From positions 124,001 to 188,000 of IMG/VR virus record IMGVR_UViG_3300042566_001512: a stretch of 64,000 nucleotides of DNA; one strand, written 5' to 3'. Below, one piece after another: positions 38,818-47,759 of the stretch. The position numbers were made by a program, and so were the translations under genes. The notes beneath the pieces were generated by a model. It was not told the origin of the DNA. It saw only the letters and a program-made list of their open reading frames with translations, and did no database searches. Within the stretch, counting starts at the first letter, position 1; every line of letters begins with the position of its first letter.

Positions 38818-40266
38818 ATGCAAGATTTTAATTTTGACATATCTTCTGCATTTGAAGAAGCTCCCGCAATTAAACCATACATCAACATCGGCTCTTTGCT
38901 AGATATCCCTACTGGTGTATTCATAAAAGGAAAATATGGGGAACACATTCTAAATGGGGGCTTGGGTTTTATAACTGGAGTAGTTGGTATTGGTAACAAT
39001 TTCAAATCCACAGTTATGCATTACATGATGCTTTCGGCCATGGATCGCTTCCCCAAGTCAAAAGCTAACACTTATGACACCGAGATTAACATTCAACAAG
39101 CTCGCCTACAGGCTCTCTCTTATAGCTTTGAGACGTTCAAGGCCCGTAGAATCATCGATGAGGGTATTTGGACGGTAACTGATAAAACCGTCTACTACGC
39201 TAACGAGTGGTACGAGCAGTGGAAGAAGTTCATGAATAGCAAGATCAGTAACGCTTCTAAGTTTACTGTGGAGCTACCTTTCCTAGACACAAAGAAGAGC
39301 GACGGAACTTGTCTGAAGTTTGTATACCCTACATTTTCTCAGGTCGATAGCTTCTCTGAGTTTGAGACAGAGGACGTGGCCAATATTCAGAACAACAACG
39401 AACTGGGCGATTCGGGCGGTAACACCATCCACATGCGTCAAGGTCTCTCCAAGGTGCGGTTCCTATCCGATATCCCTAAGCTGATCGCTAAGGGATTTAA
39501 CCCTATGATGATGACTGCTCACATCGGTAAAGACATTCCAATGGATCCTCGTGCCGCACCGGTCAAGAAGCTCCAGTTCCTAAAGAATGGAGATAAGATC
39601 AAGGGCGTGACTGATAAGTTCATGTTCTTGACTTCTGCTTGCTGGCAGTGCTCTTCTGCTGTACCGTTTACTAACGATACGACTAAAGCACCTGAATATC
39701 CACGTAGTCCTGAGGACGATATGAAAGGCGATACGGATCTGAATATCGTAACGCTTACCTTGCTACGCAATAAGAACGGTGTTACGGGTTTGAATATCCA
39801 ACTACTAGTTTCTCAACGTGAAGGGGTGTTGGCTCCATTGAGTGAATTCCATTACATCAAAACGAATGGGCGGTATGGCATTGATGGCACGCTGCAGCAT
39901 TTCTATCTGGATTTATTGCCAGATGTAAAGATCTCTCGCACTACAGTGCGATCTAAGATCAATGAAGTACCGGCACTACGTCGCGCTCTTAATATCACGG
40001 CAGAGATGTGTCAAATGAGCTTGATACATGATTACGAAAAAGGATTCATTTGCACGCCTAAAGAGCTATACAACGATTTGATCGCCAAGGGATATGATTG
40101 GGACGTCTTGCTCAATACTCGTGGATGGTATACTGCCGAGAATGATAAGCACAAGATCCCTTTTCTGTCCACGTATGACCTGTGTTCCATCCGAGCGGGT
40201 ACGTACCATCCCTATTGGCTAGAAGATGACAAGAAGACTATCAAGAAGAAATTCATTGTATCCTAA
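38818..40266 (+). CDS. uvsX: UvsX/RecA-like recombinase (phiKZ gp152-like)
   Basis: INIGSLLDIPTG, Walker A GIGNNFKS, YDTE, VDSFS, MTAHIG and LRNKNGVTG motifs. Confidence 0.85.
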   Translation: MQDFNFDISSAFEEAPAIKPYINIGSLLDIPTGVFIKGKYGEHILNGGLGFITGVVGIGNNFKSTVMHYMMLSAMDRFPKSKANTYDTEINIQQARLQALSYSFETFKARRIIDEGIWTVTDKTVYYANEWYEQWKKFMNSKISNASKFTVELPFLDTKKSDGTCLKFVYPTFSQVDSFSEFETEDVANIQNNNELGDSGGNTIHMRQGLSKVRFLSDIPKLIAKGFNPMMMTAHIGKDIPMDPRAAPVKKLQFLKNGDKIKGVTDKFMFLTSACWQCSSAVPFTNDTTKAPEYPRSPEDDMKGDTDLNIVTLTLLRNKNGVTGLNIQLLVSQREGVLAPLSEFHYIKTNGRYGIDGTLQHFYLDLLPDVKISRTTVRSKINEVPALRRALNITAEMCQMSLIHDYEKGFICTPKELYNDLIAKGYDWDVLLNTRGWYTAENDKHKIPFLSTYDLCSIRAGTYHPYWLEDDKKTIKKKFIVS

Positions 40267-40311
40267 CACCAAAGTTGACCTGCATCAGTCAGGGCGGCCG
40301 CAGAGTTAAAC
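40261..40311 (+). repeat. Degenerate attC-like site
   Basis: (T)CCTAAC overlapping the uvsX stop, inner imperfect stem GTTGACCTG/CAGGGCGGC, terminal GTTAAAC (GTTRRRY). Confidence 0.4.
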
Positions 40312-40314
40312 ACC

Positions 40315-40551
40315 ATGAACAAAAGGCAACGATTCAAGAATAGAGCCAATGCTGCAGAACTGTCCCGCGTCGTTCGAGACAAGCGACTCGCACAGCACAC
40401 CTGCGAGAACTGTGGAGAAAAAGGAGGCCACTGGGTGGTCACTAAGCAACTGTCCTTGCAAGCAATAATTACCGGAGCCGACGACAGCGAAGGGTTTTGG
40501 ATTTGCCCGATGCTGTATGGGCCTGATGGTCTGAGGCTCGATTGCGTTTAA
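40315..40551 (+). CDS. Small putative zinc-binding protein
   Basis: 78 aa with CENC..GGHW...WICP. Confidence 0.6.
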   Translation: MNKRQRFKNRANAAELSRVVRDKRLAQHTCENCGEKGGHWVVTKQLSLQAIITGADDSEGFWICPMLYGPDGLRLDCV

Positions 40552-40764
40552 CACCACAAGTAAACGACCCTAGTAGGGTAGCTGCATAGTGCCCGGTTTG
40601 ATCACGAGGATCGGCCTTACTGCTAAGGATATTCACTTGAAAAAGACAATCTAAACCATTCTCGTGGCAGCCTCAAAGCAAGCGCGAGTAAGTAGCCACT
40701 CGATGACTCATCTCTATAAACGCTGGCTACGTTAACACCTAAAACTTAAAGGTAGAAGGTATCT

Positions 40765-41103
40765 ATGGGCAGTTTAATTGAGAAAAAACCCACGTATGCT
40801 CCAGCGTACTTAGTGGGTATCTATCCCGCGCTAGCCGCTAAGGCAAAAGAGCTAGGATATGCATTAGCGCTGCACGGGAGTCTACAGCGTGACTTAGATG
40901 TAATTGCCGTGCCCTGGACAGATAAAGCTGCAGATCCTGCAGTGCTACTCAAAGCAATGTGCGATGAGTTTGATGTGAAAACTAATAATCGAGACGAATT
41001 ACCCGAAATTAAACCGCACGGTAGACTAGCTTGGTCTATACCACTTTGGTGGGGAGCTTATATTGATCTTTCAATAATCCCCCCAATAAAAACACAAATG
41101 TAG
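40765..41103 (+). CDS. Minimal nucleotidyltransferase-like protein
   Basis: LHGSLQRDLDVIAVP fits the Pol-beta hGS...DxD motif; third Asp in YIDLS. Confidence 0.55.
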   Translation: MGSLIEKKPTYAPAYLVGIYPALAAKAKELGYALALHGSLQRDLDVIAVPWTDKAADPAVLLKAMCDEFDVKTNNRDELPEIKPHGRLAWSIPLWWGAYIDLSIIPPIKTQM

Positions 41104-41160
41104 TGACAGATAGTTAGCATAAGAAAAACTCAATCAATTGGAATATCGAAAGAATTAAAA

Positions 41161-41478
41161 ATGAACACAAATCCTTTTCCGGAACATCAACCAGGCGACA
41201 CTGACCTTGTGGCGGAGGTCAGTAAGCTATTAAAAGAAGCCGGACACAGTAATCCATTTAGCTGGGAGCAACAGTTGGGAGTTGTTGACTCTCACCGAAT
41301 AGGGCCAAAACTGCAGCGGTTCCTTATAAACCGTTACTGGAGGCTCAAGATGGGTCTATGCCGGGCCGATTCAACTATGGAGAGATATTGCCTCATAGAG
41401 TCCGGTGAAGATAAAGATTACTTAGAAATATTCAAGGTAAACATTCTTCCTTTTATTATTAAAAACAATGTAGGTTAA
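41161..41478 (+). CDS. Hypothetical protein
   Basis: 105 aa ORF in a co-directional run. Confidence 0.6.
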   Translation: MNTNPFPEHQPGDTDLVAEVSKLLKEAGHSNPFSWEQQLGVVDSHRIGPKLQRFLINRYWRLKMGLCRADSTMERYCLIESGEDKDYLEIFKVNILPFIIKNNVG

Positions 41479-41485
41479 TAAAAAA

Positions 41486-42049
41486 ATGTATTTCAAAATA
41501 AATACAACCATGAAGTCCCAGGTGCCAGCAACCTTTAACATGGGAAATTTATTTTATAATTTAAAAGGTTCCGATCAGCGGCTGCTGAGTATAGTAAAGT
41601 TTATTAAAAGTAAAAATATATTGGACTACAGAATAACGGCTAAGGAAGATATAAATAAATGTGGCAGCTTTTGCGATATAAGTTTAGATTTGGTATATTT
41701 ACTTTTTGACTCTATAAACTTCCATCAGTTATTTGATTTAGAAAAAGAATCCGATATCTTGGATGCCAAGATAGCCGTTTATAACGATCTGGTTTCGCAT
41801 TATAAATTTGATCTTATTCAAGAATATCAAGATTCAAAAGTCAATAGTAGAGAAGATTATAACTTTAAGATTTCAGTGTTCTTAAAGCCCCTGATTTTTA
41901 GATGCATTAAACTACACGTCGCATCCTCTCCCTATAATACCGAACAAGAGGGAGTATATAGCTTTTGGGAAATGGTAGACCACTATATATTTGTGAATAA
42001 AACTTCTCATCACCTAAAATCGCTAAAAACCTTCCAAGCGAATAAGTGA
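41486..42049 (+). CDS. Hypothetical protein
   Basis: 187 aa AT-rich ORF. Confidence 0.55.
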   Translation: MYFKINTTMKSQVPATFNMGNLFYNLKGSDQRLLSIVKFIKSKNILDYRITAKEDINKCGSFCDISLDLVYLLFDSINFHQLFDLEKESDILDAKIAVYNDLVSHYKFDLIQEYQDSKVNSREDYNFKISVFLKPLIFRCIKLHVASSPYNTEQEGVYSFWEMVDHYIFVNKTSHHLKSLKTFQANK

Positions 42050-42075
42050 AAATAAGATAATAAAAAAGGATTAAT

Positions 42076-42738
42076 ATGTCTAATAGACAGCAAACAGAAA
42101 ACTTCATAATTGAATATATATCAAAATTGACAGGGCCTGTAAACGTTGGCCTTTATAAAAATAAATTTTCTAAAATGTCAGATGAAGAGTTTGACTCTTT
42201 TATGCGAGATTTGAGAGACAAAAAACAAAGACTGTGTGTCATTGATGCTAACTTTGGTCCAGAGAGACTGAGCGTAAAAAACAACATACAAGTCGCAAAA
42301 GAACTAGGAAAATCATTATTTCAGAGAGTGTGGGTAACTCAAGAACCCGGAAAGCCTTCTTATCTTACCCCCAACGAATACATAGTGACTATAATGCCTT
42401 TGAGAAGGCAGGCCCAGCTACTGTCAAAAAAGGTATCTATACCAGAAGACAATAATTCGGTTGATGATTTTACTGGTCAGCCAACTGGTAAATCAAAGGG
42501 TAGTAAAATATCCTATCCCGAGACACAGGTACTTGCGTCTTTTGGTTTAAACAACTCTATTACTGAGCTTCTAAAGTATAGAGGGGGTGACGAGCGAGGC
42601 TTTGCCGCCATGAACACCATGATAGATCGCACCGGCCAAGTAAATCTAAAAACCATTGAACCTTATGCGGGCGGAGTAAAGTCTACCCAAACACTAAAGA
42701 GCCTCATGACGGCGATGCACTTTAATGTCACAATTTAA
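42076..42738 (+). CDS. rpoB: Virion RNA polymerase beta-like C-terminal subunit (phiKZ gp149-like)
   Basis: PLRRQAQLLSKK, DDFTGQPTGKSKGSKISYPETQVL and ELLKYRGGD correspond to RpoB C-terminal motifs. Confidence 0.82.
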   Translation: MSNRQQTENFIIEYISKLTGPVNVGLYKNKFSKMSDEEFDSFMRDLRDKKQRLCVIDANFGPERLSVKNNIQVAKELGKSLFQRVWVTQEPGKPSYLTPNEYIVTIMPLRRQAQLLSKKVSIPEDNNSVDDFTGQPTGKSKGSKISYPETQVLASFGLNNSITELLKYRGGDERGFAAMNTMIDRTGQVNLKTIEPYAGGVKSTQTLKSLMTAMHFNVTI

Positions 42739-42746
42739 AACTAAAA

Positions 42747-42796
42747 ATATATCGCACCGAAAGCGGCATTTCGGTGCGATATATGATTTTTTTCTT
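42747..42796 (+). terminator. Intrinsic terminator
   Basis: ATATATCGCACCGAAA-GCGGCA-TTTCGGTGCGATATAT followed by a T tract. Confidence 0.7.
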
Positions 42797-42826
42797 TTAC
42801 ACGATATTTTTAAGGAGTAAATCAAC

Positions 42827-43642
42827 ATGAAAACGTACGGATTAAACGACAGCGGCCCAGAAGTGTTACGGCTTCAAAGATATATGAACGAGGTGTTTTT
42901 GGCCGATAATCGCCCCGACGGTGTTCTGGGTAAAGTGACACAGGCCACGCTTAAAAGACTGCAAATTAAATTAGGTATCGTTGAAGACGATGAAAGCGGT
43001 CCTTGTTACGGACCCGTTACACAAAGCAAAGTCCTTGACTTCATAAACAAGAAATATTTAACAGAAGAAGATTTTCAAAGAGCATCCGTGAAATCTGGGT
43101 TAGAGGTAAACATAGTAAAAGCGGTAACTGAAGTGGAGGCTGTTCAGTTCGGCTTTTTCAGCACCGGGGCTCCGGTGGTTCTGTTTGAGAGGCACCACTT
43201 CTACAGACTAGTGCGCAACTTAAAAGGAACCCCTTTTGCAAACAAACTGTCAATTGACAATCCGGACATTTGCTCGCCAGAACCGGGAGGGTACGTAGGC
43301 GGGAAAAGAGAATTACTGAGGCTAAATAAAGCCAGAGCCATAGACGATGAAGCCGCATTAAAATCTGCATCGTACGGGCTATTCCAAATAATGGGGTTTA
43401 ACCACGAGCAAGCCGGCTACGACACCGTTAGAAAATACTACAATGCAATGTGTCAAAGCGAAGACAACCAGTTGGATGCCTTTGTTAATTATCTAATTTC
43501 AGACAAAGATAAAACGCTTATTACCAGTCTAAAGAAAAAAGACTTTGCTTCGTTTGCAAGGGAGTATAACGGCTCTGCATACAAGAAAAATAATTACGAC
43601 GTTAAAATTCTTAACGCTTATAATAAATTATCTAGTGTTTAA
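42827..43642 (+). CDS. Modular endolysin: peptidoglycan-binding domain plus N-acetylmuramidase (DUF3380-type)
   Basis: GPEVLRLQ...DGVLGKVT..TLKRLQ binding domain; AVTEVE, LFERHHF, SASYGLFQIMGFN and FAREYNG catalytic motifs. Confidence 0.9.
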   Translation: MKTYGLNDSGPEVLRLQRYMNEVFLADNRPDGVLGKVTQATLKRLQIKLGIVEDDESGPCYGPVTQSKVLDFINKKYLTEEDFQRASVKSGLEVNIVKAVTEVEAVQFGFFSTGAPVVLFERHHFYRLVRNLKGTPFANKLSIDNPDICSPEPGGYVGGKRELLRLNKARAIDDEAALKSASYGLFQIMGFNHEQAGYDTVRKYYNAMCQSEDNQLDAFVNYLISDKDKTLITSLKKKDFASFAREYNGSAYKKNNYDVKILNAYNKLSSV

Positions 43643-43660
43643 ATATTCAATTTAATTAAA

Positions 43661-43712
43661 ATATACAGTCATAAATGGGTACCTGCCACGGTACCCATTT
43701 ATGACTGTATAT
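43661..43712. terminator. 23-bp hairpin (CATA...TATG family)
   Basis: ATATACAGTCATAAATGGGTACC-TGCCAC-GGTACCCATTTATGACTGTATAT. Confidence 0.72.
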
Positions 43713-43727
43713 ACCGATTCCAAATAA

Positions 43728-43773
43728 TTTCAGTCACATATATCTAAGGTGAATAGAAGCAATAGTGTTTCTA
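43728..43773 (+). promoter_or_regulatory. 46-bp repeated element, copy 3
   Basis: TTTCAGTCACATATATCTAAGGTGAATAGAAGCAATAGTGTTTCTA. Confidence 0.65.
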
Positions 43774-43799
43774 TATATTTTATACTCGGAAAGAATATC

Positions 43800-44128
43800 A
43801 TGACTGCTGTTTATAAATTGACAATTGCCGCCATTTGCCTGCTTATCGCCAACAAGCTAGATTCCGTAATCCGCACAAACGAGCAGGCGGCTCTTTGTCA
43901 GGCGGCAAAGGAAGACGATGCTCAAGTCTCCAAACGTTGTGAAAAAGCGCTGCTGGCGGCAACGCACATTAAAAAGAATATCCTCTTAGGGATTCTCAGC
44001 GGCAGCGGATCGAGCAAGCGATCCAAATGATCGCAGATGTTGCTAATTACTTGACCATCGAAGTTCAGCTGGAAAATATTAAAAAGGCAGATTCGATAAT
44101 TGTGAGCGTGTATGAAGAAATCGTGTAA
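43800..44128 (+). pseudogene. Small gene apparently split by a -1 frameshift (or two coupled ORFs 43800-44030 and 44027-44128)
   Basis: Frame 0 MTAVYKLTIAAICLL... ends at 44030; the -1 frame is open from ATT AAA AAG to TAA 44128 (EYPLRDSQRQRIEQAIQMIADVANY...). Confidence 0.4.
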
Positions 44129-44131
44129 AGC

Positions 44132-44178
44132 ATAGACAGTGAGCTGGGAATCCCAGCTCACTGTCTATATGTTTTTTT
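44132..44178 (+). terminator. Intrinsic terminator, 18-bp stem
   Basis: ATAGACAGTGAGCTGGGA-A-TCCCAGCTCACTGTCTAT followed by a T run. Confidence 0.72.
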
Positions 44179-44371
44179 GATTATTATACAAAAAATAATA
44201 ATTTAACTTACTTTGTGAATGACCTGTTTCTAAATAGTTACAAACCCATATAACTACAGTAGTAAAGGATATATAACTTTACTAAAGTGCAAAATTTAAT
44301 GTCCCCGTAAATTATAAACAATGTTCAACGTATCTTTTTGAATATAAATACTTTTTATTAAGGAAAACATC

Positions 44372-44998
44372 ATGTCGCGACACAGCATAAAAAATTTTAC
44401 TCATCACATCAAAAACATCTGTGCCCACGTTAATACGCCAATAATCGAAATCGCGGACGGGGACAAAAAGAAAAGAAACGTTTTTTCCTTGGTGTCTATA
44501 AACGACGACACTGTTCGAGTGGAGTCTTACGAAGTTTATACGGTAGACGAGATCACCAAAGAAGAAGCGCTTGAGCGCGAAATGACACTGATAAATGCCG
44601 AAGACTACTTTGTGGACAATAACAAGCTGTGGGTCGGTGACATCAAAAAGATCTTTTTGGACTATACGGTTACTCTTGAAAATAAATGCGGACCCGTGGT
44701 TTGGTGCGGCACTCCGTATAGATCAACTATAGTGGATTTCTACGTGGCCCTCGGGTACCCCGTAATGGTGACTAATTATTACATCGCCACTTTGGAGAGA
44801 CTGAGCAAAGATAAATCTCTCACAAATGGCTCCTATTCTATAACAACCGACGAAGGGACTCGTCTGCTTTCCCAGTCTTTGGAATCCATTTCAGAAAAAG
44901 CGCCTTCTGCGTCTTCTGCCGTTTTTACTTGCGACAATTCTGTCGGATACGTACTAAACGCATCGGCGGCTCTTGTCTCTAAAAGTAACAACGAATAA
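44372..44998 (+). CDS. Hypothetical protein
   Basis: 208 aa, AAGGA RBS. Confidence 0.65.
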   Translation: MSRHSIKNFTHHIKNICAHVNTPIIEIADGDKKKRNVFSLVSINDDTVRVESYEVYTVDEITKEEALEREMTLINAEDYFVDNNKLWVGDIKKIFLDYTVTLENKCGPVVWCGTPYRSTIVDFYVALGYPVMVTNYYIATLERLSKDKSLTNGSYSITTDEGTRLLSQSLESISEKAPSASSAVFTCDNSVGYVLNASAALVSKSNNE

Positions 44999-45017
44999 TA
45001 CTAAACATAATTAGTAT

Positions 45018-45410
45018 ATGCCCGTCATGAAGAAGACAATTTCCCATTCTTACATTAGTTCCCTTTTTCACGAATTAAAGAAACATGAGGGGCTTCTAAA
45101 GCATTTTGATCAGACCGGGACAGGTCCCTATGTCTTTATGGGAGAATTCCTTTTTAAAGACGGACTCCTCTCAGTGAAGGTGTCTGTATTCAATATACAT
45201 AAATACTCATCGCCTGCAGACTGTGATTTTATTAAAGATAATTACATAAAGTCAACCGTCGATTGGGTCGAGCGAGACATCCTTTGGTTCAGGAGATCTT
45301 CATCGGGGTACGAGGCGTTCATCGAATATACCGAAGACTACAGAGACTACTTCGTTATAGAAGATATTGCCCCAACTCTTGAACTGTCGGTAGATATAGC
45401 ATCGATGTAA
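45018..45410 (+). CDS. Hypothetical protein
   Basis: 130 aa ORF ending before a terminator. Confidence 0.6.
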   Translation: MPVMKKTISHSYISSLFHELKKHEGLLKHFDQTGTGPYVFMGEFLFKDGLLSVKVSVFNIHKYSSPADCDFIKDNYIKSTVDWVERDILWFRRSSSGYEAFIEYTEDYRDYFVIEDIAPTLELSVDIASM

Positions 45411-45413
45411 ACA

Positions 45414-45462
45414 AAAATAAGCCCCCTAGGATTTTACCTAGGGGGCTTATTTTATGTTTTTT
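45414..45462 (+). terminator. Intrinsic terminator, 17-bp stem
   Basis: AAAATAAGCCCCCTAGG-ATTTTA-CCTAGGGGGCTTATTTT plus T tract. Confidence 0.72.
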
Positions 45463-45515
45463 TCTTTAAAAATATAAAGTACAATCATGTCTTGATTAAA
45501 AAACGAAATAAACAA

Positions 45516-45941
45516 ATGATCTACAATAAACCAAAAAATCAAGAAAAACAGTCCACTAACCCAAAAGACTACAAAGTAAGAATAATAGTAGCAGGTACTA
45601 GGAAATGGAAAGATAAAAAACTATTTCATGAAATAATCGTTGACTACTTGGAAAGATTTAGTGAACCTGTGTTATTTATATCTGGAGCAGCGAATAGCGG
45701 AGCAGACAGGTTTATAATCGATTGGTGTAAAAAATATAACTACCCTTGTTTAGAAATGCCAGCAGACTGGGACACTCACGGAAAATCCGCCGGTTATGTT
45801 CGAAATACAGAAATGGCAGAAATAGGCACCCATCTAGTTTGTTTTTGGGACACTGTTAGTAGAGGTACCGCACACATGCGCACGGTGTCCAGTGAAAAAC
45901 ATCTAAACATAATGACCGTATTGGTAAAGGTGGAAGAATGA
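45516..45941 (+). CDS. SLOG-superfamily (YspA/DUF2493-like) nucleotide-binding protein
   Basis: RIIVAGTR, ISGAANSGAD, PADWDTHGKSAGYVRNTEMA and FWDTVSRGTAHM motifs; ATG 45516 preferred over TTG 45492. Confidence 0.8.
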   Translation: MIYNKPKNQEKQSTNPKDYKVRIIVAGTRKWKDKKLFHEIIVDYLERFSEPVLFISGAANSGADRFIIDWCKKYNYPCLEMPADWDTHGKSAGYVRNTEMAEIGTHLVCFWDTVSRGTAHMRTVSSEKHLNIMTVLVKVEE

Positions 45942-46690
45942 AACCCGCAGAAAAGTTTATATTAATTACACTCGATTCCATACTGGATACTAGACAAGGC
46001 ACCCTCCTTAAAATAAGCCCAGAAGTGGCCTATGAGATAACTTCAAAAGAAGACTATCATGCAAGGCAAAGTGACACATTCGTTAGCGAAAAATACGGCG
46101 AATTGTCACCCGAACTATTTCAACAAGTCAAAGAAAAATTTAAACACGAAATAATTTTTAATTCGTTAAAAACTAAAATGTACTTGTTCTTGCAAGAACT
46201 AATAGAGGGATATGTAAAACTATCTCTATCCACACCACACGCTAGCATCATTACTTTAGAAGTGAACATACACCCTTATAAGTTCACCGAAACTCAGGCA
46301 GAGTATCTTTTAAAAGCCCTGATAGCCCATCTGGGAAATTCGGCGGCGATCAGCATAGTTGATTTTGATATAAAAGAATTATCCTTAAAAACTATTGCAG
46401 ATAAGTACGATTCTGTAATTATGTATAATCCGGTTGATTGGCTAAACAGTAGGCACAATGAATTGAAGATGGGGGTTTTAAAAGAGCTAACCCTTTATAT
46501 ACCAAAAATAAACACAGTAAGAGATCTCACTGATAAAGAAAGAAAAAATCTAAATAAAAACATATCCGATGTATATAAGTTTACTCAGATGGTGTTTGCT
46601 GGTTTTATAAAAATAAACTACGTGCCGGTTGAGTGTTATTGTGCAGACGTCCCTTACGTTAAACGTGAAAAAGAAAAAGACGCGGCATAA
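45938..46690 (+). CDS. Conserved phiKZ-like hypothetical protein (HAD-like N-terminus)
   Basis: ILITLDSILDTRQGTL and LEVNIHPY segments; ATGA overlap. Confidence 0.6.
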   Translation: MKPAEKFILITLDSILDTRQGTLLKISPEVAYEITSKEDYHARQSDTFVSEKYGELSPELFQQVKEKFKHEIIFNSLKTKMYLFLQELIEGYVKLSLSTPHASIITLEVNIHPYKFTETQAEYLLKALIAHLGNSAAISIVDFDIKELSLKTIADKYDSVIMYNPVDWLNSRHNELKMGVLKELTLYIPKINTVRDLTDKERKNLNKNISDVYKFTQMVFAGFIKINYVPVECYCADVPYVKREKEKDAA

Positions 46691-46721
46691 ACGGAAAGAG
46701 GCTATTTCCTCTTTCCGTTTA
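46688..46721. terminator. 14-bp hairpin between convergent genes
   Basis: (GGCA)TAAACGGAAAGAGG-CTATTT-CCTCTTTCCGTTTA. Confidence 0.68.
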
Positions 46722-46724
46722 ATT

Positions 46725-47141
46725 TCACTTTTCAACTTTGCTCATGAAACTCTCATAGTCTAGCTGTGACGGGTTTACGTCCATCTCCCCAGGGATAATA
46801 TCCACCTGCGGCAACAAGTCGGCCACCTTGGGTATAGTGCCTACAGTGCCGTCATCTTCAGTATTGCCTATTTTTTTGCTATTTGGCATATTAAATATAC
46901 TGGCTATTAGGTCAGCGGCTTGCTTGTTATTAGCCGCTACATCACTATCGGCCTTTATCTTCTTTCTACCTAAAGACACTCTATCCATATCGGATAGAGC
47001 CCCTAACAAAATAGAAATTGTGCTTTCTTCTTTAGGTATGCCCTTTTCAGTAAGAGCGTTTATTATTTGTTTTCTTTTAGATCTAGCGTATTCTAGGTCC
47101 TGATCTACTGGATCTTCTTTGGGTGTTTCAAAATTGTCCAT
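46725..47141 (-). CDS. Hypothetical protein
   Basis: ATG 47141 (MDNFETPKE) with AAGG upstream preferred over the TTG start at 47216. Confidence 0.6.
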   Translation of the reverse strand: MDNFETPKEDPVDQDLEYARSKRKQIINALTEKGIPKEESTISILLGALSDMDRVSLGRKKIKADSDVAANNKQAADLIASIFNMPNSKKIGNTEDDGTVGTIPKVADLLPQVDIIPGEMDVNPSQLDYESFMSKVEK

Positions 47142-47243
47142 TTTTAGAATAAACCTTTTATAGTAATCGGAATGAAAAAACTTATAGTACCATATTATCT
47201 TTCTGTACTGGCGCAATAAAATACCTAACTAGATAATTAAACC

Positions 47244-47759
47244 ATGAAACTCTTTGTTAGATTGAGTAGTCTAAAATTGGAATATCTACTCAAAAGAACC
47301 GGAAAAGAAGAGGATTCTATAAAAACAAAAGCAATGATCTTGTCTTTGCTAGATCCGGATTCATTTATTAATGAAAATATACTGGTCACAAGTAAACTAA
47401 AATTTACTGTAATTTTTGATTCGCTGATCACTTACAACAAGCGAATATTGCTGGCAATAACCCTTCTTAAAAATAATTCAGTAATAAGCGCAGACTGGTG
47501 CAGCTACGATTATAAAAGGGTTTCTTACGATATATTTTTCTCAGATGGTGTTGTCTACTTAGACAAACAAAAAGAGATTGGTGAATTTATTCGTTTAGTC
47601 AAAGAGCTGCGACAACAAATATACAACATAAAAGACGCCCAGGTTGGCCCACAAGGGCATAACCTTAGGCAGATGTCTAGATTCCATACACATTTAAGCG
47701 ACTTGATAGTCGAGCTTATAAGAGGAAGTCATGAAATATCCTTATCTGAGCCCAGTTAG
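47244..47759 (+). CDS. Hypothetical protein
   Basis: 171 aa, first gene of an overlapping run. Confidence 0.6.
   Translation: MKLFVRLSSLKLEYLLKRTGKEEDSIKTKAMILSLLDPDSFINENILVTSKLKFTVIFDSLITYNKRILLAITLLKNNSVISADWCSYDYKRVSYDIFFSDGVVYLDKQKEIGEFIRLVKELRQQIYNIKDAQVGPQGHNLRQMSRFHTHLSDLIVELIRGSHEISLSEPS

Noticed and set aside
43749-43799. GTG start extending the small gene to 93 aa
   Set aside because: The GTG lies inside the repeated 46-bp element; ATG 43800 has a plausible RBS.
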